A DNA stretch of 32,196 nucleotides from Octopus bimaculoides (Eukaryota), in the NCBI RefSeq assembly GCF_001194135.2, contig NC_068998.1, positions 8,177,314 through 8,209,509 on the forward strand, written 5' to 3'. Made by a program: the position numbers and the translations under genes. A model generated the notes under the pieces. It was given only the letters and a program-made list of their open reading frames with translations, was not told where the DNA came from and did no database searches. The stretch's first letter is position 1, and every line of letters starts with the position of its first letter. Shown here one piece after another: positions 23,205 to 32,196 of this stretch.

Positions 23205-24320
23205 GTAGTAACTAATGTTTACGGAACCTTGATTACAATTCATTTCATCATTTTGATTCATTCATTTTATTGTTTAAACGAATATTCAAGTTTTGTCCCT
23301 TGAGTTGTTATATTGATTTAATTATAAATTTTACTACTTACGAAATCCAATTAAACCATCAATTCTACGAGTTTTATTATTTAATGAATGTTATTCTAGT
23401 AATTCTCTTTCAACAACCTCAAGATTCACAGATTCTTATTTCCATACCAAATAACCATTTTAGACTATAAAATCTTGTATATTACATTATTTGAACAGGG
23501 AAACCTCTCTTTTTATTCATATCCATTTCTACGTTTAATTTTTCTACTTAAAGATAGTTTACGTCTTCGAAATTTACCAGTCCGGCAAGAGCATCAGATA
23601 GAATAAAAATGAGATCTTTTGAAAAAATCCAGGGTTTGATTTGTTCTACTAGCTCCTTCATGCTTGTAGTGAATGACTCAATAAATGATAGGAATAAAAC
23701 ACTAAAAGATCCTTTTAATAATTCACATTCATTCTCAGTTCCCTTCAAAAATTGTCCCCTTCACCATATAGTATATCTTTGCTGTCATAGCTTTCTATTT
23801 TAAACGCTCAAATAGCATATAGCCTTTTTCTTTCTTCTTCACATGTGTGTCTCACATGTAATATAATATAATCTTTTATAGTGTATTTGTATTTCATTGT
23901 CTTCATTTTCTCACACGTGTATTTAATTTGATATATTTTGAATTTATTCCATTTTCACATTTCATAATTTAGTTTTTTCAGCTAGTACCAAATACATCTC
24001 ACTTTCAACTAGTTGCTTACTTGCATACATATTACTAACATGGGAGAATCCTTTAAATCACAATTTTCCATTAAGATATGCGCGTTCTGTTTTCAGCAAT
24101 TTGTTCATCTTAAGTATTATAAGGTTTCTTTGCGCAACTGAAAAAAGCATTCTCCTACACAATAAAGCAATTGTTTAAATGTCGCCACTAACATTAAAGC
24201 TTAATATACGTATGCGTTAGTTGTGTGTGGTTTGTGTGTCTGCGTCAATATGCGCGCATCTACGCGAGGGCTTTGTATGTATGTGATTACATATATACTT
24301 TCAGTATTTAGCAAAAAGAA

Positions 24321-24350
24321 AAATAATAATAATAATAATAATAATAATAA
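24321..24350. repeat. (AAT)n microsatellite
   Basis: Direct reading. Confidence 0.95.
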
Positions 24351-24812
24351 TTCCCGTCTTCATTCTTGATACGTATAAGGTATGCAGCAATGGAAACTGT
24401 AATGATATCTACCAAAAAAACACTGCAATTTCAACTATACGAAACTACGTTGTCACCTACTTAGCTTCGATACTTTAACGCTTATTTCCGGGTAAAATAC
24501 AGCAAGTCTTTCTGTCGAACCGTGTACATGTGATGACGATTGTAAATTTTTAAAAGATTATAACAGTATCCCTTAAACTACATTATCCCGATAATGCACA
24601 CAAACTCTCTGTTCCCTGGGATAATCTTAACAATCTCTCTGAAGCTCTAAAGTCTCTACGAATCGCCGTCTGTGCATAATAATTTGCAGGAAAATTTAGG
24701 GCTGTTTTTTCGTTCTAAAATATTGATCGGGAAACTATTTAATTAACATGTTTATTTCTATTCATATCTTCCATTAAGCTTTGTGTTTTATAGCTTATAT
24801 TACCAATGTTTA

Positions 24813-24939
24813 CAGGGTGTCCACAAGGTCTGAGTACATGGAGTAAATAAAATCATAATATCAACAATTAAATATAAGAAACAATAATTTCTAACAATAT
24901 GTGTTAATCCCCATATACCCAGACTTTGTGGACACCCTG
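24813..24939 (+). mobile_element. 127-bp MITE, shorter derivative of the 22768-23111 family
   Basis: TA-cagggtgtccacaaggtctgagtacatggagtaaataaaatcat...tatgtgttaatccccatatacccagactttgtggacaccctg-TA; shares both ends and subterminal sequence with the longer copy. Confidence 0.95.
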
Positions 24940-24944
24940 TATAT

Positions 24945-25157
24945 AAGGCGGCCAGCTGGTAGAAGCGATAGTACGCCGAAGAAAATGCTTAACAGCATTT
25001 CGTTCGTCTTGATGGCCTGAGTTCAAACTCTGTCGAGGTCGACTATACCTTTCATCCTTTCGGTATTGGTAACACAAGTGCTAGTTGATTACTGGTATCC
25101 ATGTAATTGATCTCCTCTTCATCCAAAACTATTGGCCTTGGGCACAAATTTGAAACC
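24945..25157 (+). mobile_element. SINE family A, array unit 1
   Basis: aaggcggccagctggtagaagcgatagtacgcc...gagttcaaactc...gtcgactatacctttcatcctttcgg...ggccttgggcacaaatttgaaacc. Confidence 0.88.
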
Positions 25158-25173
25158 AATATTAATTTGGTAT

Positions 25174-25390
25174 AAGGCGGCGAGCTGGAAGAAAATTTAG
25201 CACGCCGGGTGAAATGTTTAGCGGTATTTCATCTTTCTTTACGTTTGGAGTTCAAATTCCGCCGACGTCGACTTTGCTTTTCATTCTTTCAGGGTCGATA
25301 AATTAAGTACCAGTTGCATTCTGAGGTCGATCAAATCGACTGGCTCCCTCATCCAAAATTTCGGCCCTTATGCCTAGAGTTGGAAAGAAT
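25174..25390 (+). mobile_element. SINE family A, array unit 2 (least decayed)
   Basis: aaggcggcgagctggaagaaaatttagcacgcc...GAGTTCAAATTCC (25248-60)...gtcgataaattaagtaccagtt...gcctagagttggaaagaat. Confidence 0.92.
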
Positions 25391-25403
25391 ATTAGCTTGG
25401 TAT

Positions 25404-25606
25404 AAGGCGGTAAACTGGCCGGACAAAAAGCTTAGCGGTATTTCGTCACGCTTTATATTCTGAGTGTAAATTTCGCTGAGGCTTTCTTTTTAATCTCTTC
25501 TCGGGTCTCTAAAAGGATTGCCAGTTGACGACCGGGGTCTATGTAATCAGATTAATCACCCCACCACTCCACCAAAATTAGTAGACTTTTGTCAAAATTT
25601 GAAAAC
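25404..25606 (+). mobile_element. SINE family A, array unit 3
   Basis: aaggcggtaaactggcc[short deletion]ggacaaaaagcttagcggtatttcg...gtcaaaatttgaaaac. Confidence 0.82.
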
Positions 25607-25623
25607 GGTTATAACCTTGATGT

Positions 25624-25750
25624 AAGACGACGAGTTGGAAGATCCGTTAGAACACCGGACAAAATGCTTAGCACTACTTCGTCTGTCTTTACGTTTTGAG
25701 TTCAAATTCGAACCAGGTCGACTTTGCGTTACATGATTTTGCGTACCAGT
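25624..25750 (+). mobile_element. SINE family A, array unit 4 (3'-truncated)
   Basis: aagacgacgagttggaagatccgttagaacaccggacaaaatgcttagc...gagttcaaattcg...gtcgactttgc...gtaccagt. Confidence 0.82.
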
Positions 25751-27580
25751 CTAACATTGTTTGAAATACTCTTTACGATACAGAAAGTGTAAGAAACAAA
25801 TGCTTTGAACTTTAAATAGTGTTGTTTAGTAACATCTATAAGCATATATGGAAAGTAAACTGTTCGAAATGAAATTCAGCTTGGTCAGCTCTTAACTGAT
25901 TTAATGAGGTTTAACGAGAAAATTTGAATATATTTCTGGACAATAAATGTGTTTGAAATATGCGATTCGTTGAGGATAGATTACCACATAAGCTGACACA
26001 ATTACTAAAGTTTAAGCTGTTTGTTATAGGATTTCCTAAAAATATAAATATTTGTTGTGATGGTAGAAATGTAATATTTTGATAAATACAAGCTACCACG
26101 AAAAAAGCAATCTTCGAAATGTGTATTGCAGAAAAAATGCTTGAAAACTAATTTGGACTGATACAAAAACATTTCTAAAAGGCTAAATTATATGACATCT
26201 GTGTAGGTTTCCTAAAGCATACAAAAATATAACCGAAGTCTAAACTACTTGAATCGTGACTTTAAAAAAGTAACGGAATAATACAGAAATTCGCTAAAAC
26301 GGAAACATATCCGTTGAATAAATTGCTTGAATTGTCGTCGTTATACTGAAAATCGAATTTTATTGATATGTCTGCGCTTTACTTTAAAAGAAATTCTGCT
26401 GAACTAGTGTTTTCGTAAAAAAAAAAATAGCAAAACATACGGAAGTAAAATTTTTTTCGGAATAGCGATGTGTCTCTCTGCACGTATAAATATTTTAAAT
26501 ACTAGTTAACAAAGATATAAATTCATCTCTGCAAAATAACAGTTTTGAAACGTAGAAATATCTGTGGTTTGTAAACTCTTTGTAATATATTGTATGGAGA
26601 AAGCGGAAACATGTCTGGACTAAATTGTTTAAATTTTGTATTTCATGAAAATATAATACTAGATGTAAAATCACCGGAAAGGTGTGTGCTTCAACAAAAT
26701 ATAATAAAGCAAACATCGCAAAAGGCAAATACAGTTTGAAATGAGTTTTACTAAAATATGATAATTGACGTGTATGGGTATTAACTATTTCAAAGTTTTA
26801 TTAGAAATAGTTTGATATCCATTTGATGTTCGGAATTTACACTGTTTCAAATTATATTATTTGCTGGAAAACATACATCTCTGGAACACTTTTAAATATT
26901 TGCTTTATTAAAACAGACATAACGCTATATAAAACAAAACGTACCTGTGTTATGACGTTCTACTAAAAATTACAAACATTTCTGGAAAATAAAATACTTG
27001 AAATCTGTAATGCCACACTGCTTTTCTGGACTTTACATAAACAAATTCAGTATTTCGGTTTTACTACAATAACAGAGAAGTTCTAGAGAGTAAAGAGTTT
27101 TAAATCTTGTAGCAGTAGATTAGGAAAACTCAGAGTTATTTCCGCAGACCAGATCATTTGAAATGTGTTTTAGAAAAACACAAACGAAAGAAAAAGAATT
27201 ACACTCTTTGCGTGTGTGTGTGTGTGTACATGTATGTANNNNNNNNNNNNNNNNNNNNNNNNNNNNNNNNNNNNNNNNNNNNNNNNNNNNNNNNNNNNNN
27301 NNNNNNNNNNNNNNNNNNNNNNNNNNNNNNNNNNNNNNNNNNNNNNNNNNNNNACTAAAACTTGGATGTGTTTGTGTCTTACTAAAAGATGAAACATTTT
27401 AGAGCTCTAAAAATAGAAGGCATCTTAAAATATTGGTTAAAAGAAGAACAATCTGGCTGAACGAAGGCTAAATTATCTAAAATATTGATTTTCGACAACA
27501 ACAGCAACACCAAAAGACTTAATGGAAATAGAGAAACAGAAATTTGGGCAGACTGATTCTAAAAGCAAAATTGTTTTAAA

Positions 27581-27800
27581 TATTCTTTTCAACTCTAGGA
27601 AAAAGCCCGAAAGTGTTGGTGAGGGTCGGGGCCAGTCGATTAGATCGAGCCCAGTACGCAACTGGTACTTAATTTATCGAATTGGAAAGGATAAAAAGTA
27701 AAGTCGACCTCGGTGGAATTTGAACTCAGAACGGAAAGACAAACAAAATACCGCTAAGCATGTCACCCGGCGTGCTAACGTGTCTGCCTGCTCACTGCCT
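27581..27800 (-). mobile_element. SINE family A, full-length solo copy
   Basis: Minus strand aggcagtgagcaggcagacacgttagcacgcc...gagttcaaattccaccgaggtcgactttac...cgataaattaagtaccagttgcgtactggg...cctagagttgaaaagaata. Confidence 0.92.
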
Positions 27801-28739
27801 CAAAATTATTTTAAACATTGAATTAACTAATATAAGAATAATATATCGAGAAACGTGGATTTGAACAGTTTGAGATAAGCATTATTGAAACCTAAACAAT
27901 TTGAATATTAATTTTTACAAAATAACAAAAAATTGGAATGAGATGTAGTAACCAAATAAGTGCTAAGGTAAACTGTATAAAATTGTTTTCCAACAGTATT
28001 TATCTGAATGATGTCAGTATAACAATATAACAAAATAGCCGTATTTCACATTAGACTAGAGTCTTGTATACAATACCTATTCTACAATGGACCATTAAGA
28101 GTTAAATGTATTAGCCAGAAATATTTGTTATTATGCTCCATTAGATATGAACCGCCAAGTCTTCTGATACACAGGACATTGACTTCACGACACTACGAAA
28201 CAGCTACTGCCTTGAATAATAAACTTCTTTCAATTAATTATCGATATTTTAGTCGTGATATATGGGATTGTTGAATAGCTTGTTGAAAACTACTCTGTTC
28301 TTGATGTAATTGTCGCCATGTTACACGTCAATAATAACAATAATACTAATAATATTTGTTTTTTTTTAAATCACACTGCTAACAAAATAAAACTAGATGT
28401 TAAATACAAGAAGTAATTAAATCATCAATTAAACTAATACTAAATGCACTATAGAATGTTTTAATTATGAATGGAGTGATTCTGTAGAGAACCAATAATG
28501 ATGATGCCGATTATGATGATGACGATGATTCTGCAAAACACAATAAGAAAGATACAAGCTAACAACCATCAAATATAAAACGAAAACAAACTGCAACAAC
28601 AACTGCATCAAAAATAAGAGCTATAATAGCAATTACCAAAGTTTTCCTCAATTTAATTTTACATTAGTTTGTAAAGTAATTTTGAAAACATTCCAAAAAT
28701 AATTCCATAAAATTTATCCATAAAGACTATTAATACTTC

Positions 28740-28830
28740 CTCCTCTCTCCGTATCACACCTTTGCTCTCTCTTTATTATCCTCTCCCTTTCTCTCTCTCT
28801 GTCACTCTCTCTCTCTCTGTCACTCGTGTC
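28740..28830. repeat. CT-rich low-complexity tract
   Basis: Direct reading. Confidence 0.85.
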
Positions 28831-28967
28831 GTCATTATCATATTCTGTTAATCATTCGCTCACAGATACACACCCATCTAATAATTTCATTCATATTCTA
28901 TCTCCAGCAATTGTTTTCTTTTTGTTTTTACATTTATATCATCGTTTTCCTAATGTGAAGCTACATA

Positions 28968-28994
28968 CTGAAGAAGAGAATTAAATTCTCAAAG
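28968..28994 (+). ncRNA. Possible decayed hammerhead-like remnant
   Basis: CTGAAGA-A (28968-75) then perfect hairpin GAGAAT-taa-ATTCTC (28976-90), then aaag instead of GAAA; no NUH or stem I detectable. Confidence 0.3.
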
Positions 28995-29234
28995 AGGAAC
29001 GAAGAAAAACGACAGATAATGTATACGAAGCACTCTTCAATAAACCTAGTTCAACTCAGAAAAATATGTGCGAATTGATATTGGCTATCACTGAGAAGAT
29101 GAAAAGCTTGGGTTAAAAAACTACTTAAATTACAACATATTTTGAAGAATGCTTCGAGAAACTTTAAATTTTATTTAAATGAATTGATGCTATAGTAGTA
29201 ATTATTTCAGTATTCTAAGAAATTAAAAGGGTTT

Positions 29235-29355
29235 GAAAAACATTCAAAATACAAAGATCTGTAAATTGAGGTAACACAAATGTGGAGCCTAAAAACAGAA
29301 ATAATCTCTATCATAATAGTTGCATTAGGTATGATAAAAAATATTCAGGCAAATA
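29235..29355 (+). mobile_element. Fragment of R4/Dong-like REL element (same family as 3274-3477)
   Basis: EKHSKYKDL*IEVTQMWSLKTEIISIIIVALGMIKNIQ; shares gcattaggtatgataaaaaa(a)tattc with the 3274-3477 copy; runs into (AAT)n. Confidence 0.78.
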
Positions 29356-29367
29356 ACAATAATAATG

Positions 29368-29406
<39 letters not shown>

Positions 29407-29409
29407 GTA

Positions 29410-29471
<62 letters not shown>

Positions 29472-29612
29472 AAGAAGAAGAAGAAGAAGACGAAGAAGAA
29501 GAAGAAGGAGAAGAAGAAGAAGAAGAAGAACAAGAAGAAGAAGAAGAACAAGAAGAAGAAGAAGAAGGAGAAGAAGAAGAAGAAGAAGAAGGAGAAGAAG
29601 AAGAAGAAGGAG
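29353..29612. repeat. Compound microsatellite (AAT)n then (AAG)n
   Basis: (AAT)n ~29353-29441, (AAG)n ~29442-29612. Confidence 0.97.
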
Positions 29613-29619
29613 GAGTCTC

Positions 29620-29822
29620 TGAGAACAGGGAACATAAGATACTGTGCCGTTTTATATTCCAATGTGACTCCATCGGAGTCTCCCGAGGCTCGGAGACCAG
29701 ATATTGTTGTGGTAGATAAAGGAAAAATGAAAACCAAGATCACAGATATTGCAATACCTGGGGATTCATGCATAAGTGACAAAAAATTAGAAAAGATTAA
29801 AAAGTACAGATTACTAAAAGAC
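29620..29822 (+). mobile_element. REL endonuclease core fragment of a second non-LTR family
   Basis: EARRPDIVVVDKGKMKTKITDIAIPGDSCISDKKLEKIKKYRLLKD is the canonical R.PD...D.A.P...K..KY restriction-enzyme-like motif of R2/R4/NeSL-type elements. Confidence 0.88.
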
Positions 29823-29872
29823 TTCTCAGAGATCTCGATTTCATTTACTCGCGTTCATTCAGCAACCGCTTT

Positions 29873-29924
29873 TACCAAAGGTTTCACGACGGGCTTCTTT
29901 CAGTTTCCGTCTACCAAAGGTTTC
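29873..29924 (-). mobile_element. 26-nt SINE family B micro-insertion between 13-bp direct repeats
   Basis: taccaaaggtttc (29873-85), acgacgggcttctttcagtttccgtc (29886-911), taccaaaggtttc (29912-24); insert plus taccaaa differs at one base from the reverse complement of 12844-12876. Confidence 0.85.
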
Positions 29925-29927
29925 GCA

Positions 29928-29939
29928 AGTAGTAGTATC

Positions 29940-29973
<34 letters not shown>

Positions 29974-29989
29974 GTAGTAGTAGTAGTAG
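29928..29989. repeat. (AGT)n microsatellite
   Basis: Direct reading. Confidence 0.95.
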
Positions 29990-30644
29990 GAAATGGTATT
30001 AGACCGAGCAAAAGGAGGATAATGAATAGAAGACAAAAGAGGTGCAGGAGGTGCAGATCGCTTTGAATATATTATCTCAATGAGAAACCATATTGAGCTA
30101 ATGAATCAAATAAATGCAATGCAATTCATCCTTTTCTGAACATAGTTAAATTATAAATATGATATAGGAAAGAGTTGGGGGTAATGATACGGTGAGAGTG
30201 AAGGATGAGTGCAAGTACGATAAATAATAGAGCGCTTAGAAACAAAATACAATAATTGAAGATGTTATAAATAGACTGAAGGCATTACATATATNNNNNN
30301 NNNNNNNNNNNNNNNNNNNNNNNNNNNNNNNNNNNNNNNNNNNNNNNNNNNNNNNNNNNNNNNNNNNNNNNNNNNNNNNNNNNNNNNNNNNNNNNNNNNN
30401 NNNNNNNNNNNNNNNNNNNNNNNNNNNNNNNNNNNNNNNNNNNNNNNNNNNNNNNNNNNNNNNNNNNNNNNNNNNNNNNNNNNNNNNNNNNNNNNNNNNN
30501 NNNNNNNNNNNNNNNNNNNNNNNNNNNNNNNNNNNNNNNNNNNNNNNNNNNNNNNNNNNNNNNNNNNNNNNNNNNNNNNNNNNNNNNNNNNNNNNNNNNN
30601 NNNNNNNNNNNNNNNNNNNNNNNNNNNNNNNNNNNNNNNNNNNN

Positions 30645-30897
30645 TATATATATAATTATGTGTATTTCTTCTATCTTAATGAATAAAAATTCTTCTGATA
30701 GAATAATATGTATATATATACATACATATATATATATGTATATATATATATATAAATAAATATATATATATATGCATATATACATACACACACACACATA
30801 TATGTGTGTGTATATATGTATGTTTGTATGTATATGTATGCATGTGTGTGTATGTATGTGTGTGTATGTATGTACGTGTGTGTATGTATGTATGTAT
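30645..30897. repeat. (TA)n/(TG)n/(TATG)n compound region
   Basis: Direct reading, mainly 30710-30897. Confidence 0.88.
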
Positions 30898-31311
30898 CGG
30901 TGTAAAAACTTACAGTTAATTATATTTGTTTGCAAAAATCTCTGTCGTCGAAATCACATGTAAACATGCATGTGAAAGTCATAAACCGGTCTTCTTCAAC
31001 TGAAGATTTATATCAAAGGGCATTTATTACTCCTAAGTCAAGTGGAATAAAATTGTTTTTTGAAATATAAAAAGCGATTTATTCAACGTTATAATCTAAT
31101 GCTTTTATCTTATGAATTATCAATTTATTCCTTTCTAATTAATCTCTTTGATGTTATGCGACATTACTATTTTTGATATTATTGTTACAATGTATTTATA
31201 TAATGTTTTTTTTTTAAATTCTTCTTTTTAGTTTGAATAGGAAGCTTTTTCATGAAAGTAAAGGTTATTCAAGACATTGCACGGAGTCACTCATTAATTT
31301 CTTAACTCGCT

Positions 31312-31570
31312 CACTCTGCACCTCTCTCTCTCTCTCACTCTCTCTCTCTCTCTCTCTCTCCCTCCCTCTCTCTCTCTCTTTCTCTCTCTCTCCCGCTCTC
31401 TCTCCCTCTCTCTCTCTCTCTCACTCGTTCGCTATATGTCTTTCTCTGTTTGTCACTGACGATCACTATCTGTATCTATCTGTCTACCCATTTGTCTGCC
31501 GGTCACTCTTTTTCTCTGTCTCCTTGTCATTCTCTGTCTGTCTCTTTCTTTCTCTCTCTCTATTTCTCCA
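31312..31570. repeat. (CT)n and CT-rich low-complexity tract
   Basis: Direct reading. Confidence 0.92.
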
Positions 31571-31994
31571 TCAAACTTACTCTCCATCTACTGGTTGCCT
31601 GGTATATGATTTTGCGCTCTCTCTCTTAGTGTCCTCATCTATTTATATTTTCATTATTTCGACCTGCATTGATATTTCTATATTTTTACATATGTTTAAT
31701 AACGTATTCACTCGTAGGTGTTTCATATACACACATACAAAGGCAGACTAGTGTCAAATCCATGTAAAGAAAATAAGAGAATGTGTGCGTATATAGTATG
31801 TACGTAAACACGTATTTTTATATACATATATATATGTTATATATATATGTACACACATTCACACACACACATATATATGTATATATGTGAATATATAAAT
31901 GCAATAAAAAAGAAGAAAACAGAGAAATAGCAACAAGGCAAGAACGTGGTACATGTAGAGTATTATCAGACGCTGAGGGAAGGAAAGAAAGGTG

Positions 31995-32029
31995 GTTTTA
32001 CGTTTCGAGCAAAGCTCTTCTTCAGGAAC
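31995..32029 (-). ncRNA. Minimal type I hammerhead ribozyme of the Penelope-like-element class
   Basis: Minus strand GTTC-CTGAAGA-A-GAGC-TTT-GCTC-GAAA-C-GTA-AAAC: CUGANGA core (32025-19), 4-bp stem II with G10.1-C11.1, GAAA (32006-03), palindromic ACGU in place of stem III, GUA triplet (32001-31999), short stem I GUU/AAC with one C-A mismatch next to the core. Confidence 0.78.
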
Positions 32030-32127
32030 AGGAGACTGAGGAAAGTGCAATAGAAAAGGAAGGCAAAGGAAAATAAATCGGCAACGATTCAAATGTGGTT
32101 ACATTTTGAAAAAATGAATATATATGA

Positions 32128-32139
32128 ATACACACACAC

Positions 32140-32196
<57 letters not shown>
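32128..32196. repeat. (CA)n-(TA)n microsatellite at the window end
   Basis: Direct reading. Confidence 0.95.

Noticed and set aside
24945-25750. Regular ~230-bp periodicity considered as CRISPR or tRNA gene cluster
   Set aside because: Units are long, homologous throughout and diverged; heads have Pol III boxes but do not form a cloverleaf and continue into SINE body. Eukaryotic context. The same applies to all SINE heads in the window.
2108-31751. Long ORF-track entries (e.g. 6251-7417, 17609-18241, 21130-21621, 30285-30935, poly-L/S/I/R and HTHT/VCVC/YIYI peptides)
   Set aside because: They run through N-gaps or microsatellites; open only because the repeats lack stops. No coding evidence.

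Overview
AT-rich, microsatellite-dense, non-coding eukaryotic DNA with eight N-gaps, each abutting a (TA)n/(CA)n-type repeat. The repeat families look like those I recall from Octopus (coleoid cephalopod) genomes; this is recognition from memory, not a database result. I find no intact host protein-coding gene, rRNA, true tRNA or CRISPR array. The window is a transposon graveyard: three tRNA-derived SINE families (called A, B, C here; about 14 copies or fragments, including a 4-unit head-to-tail array), two decayed mariner elements, two copies of one Tc1/mariner-derived MITE, three fragments of REL-endonuclease (R4/Dong-like) non-LTR elements sitting in triplet microsatellites, decayed RT remnants and a probable Penelope-like GIY-YIG remnant. 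The best non-obvious signals are a near-canonical minimal hammerhead ribozyme at 31995-32029 (-) plus two decayed hammerhead-shaped motifs, the ~230-bp-period SINE array with a shared linker, and a 26-nt SINE micro-insertion flanked by a 13-bp direct repeat. I cannot claim a new biological system; these are testable leads. Translations outside the ORF track were done by hand and repeat boundaries are approximate.
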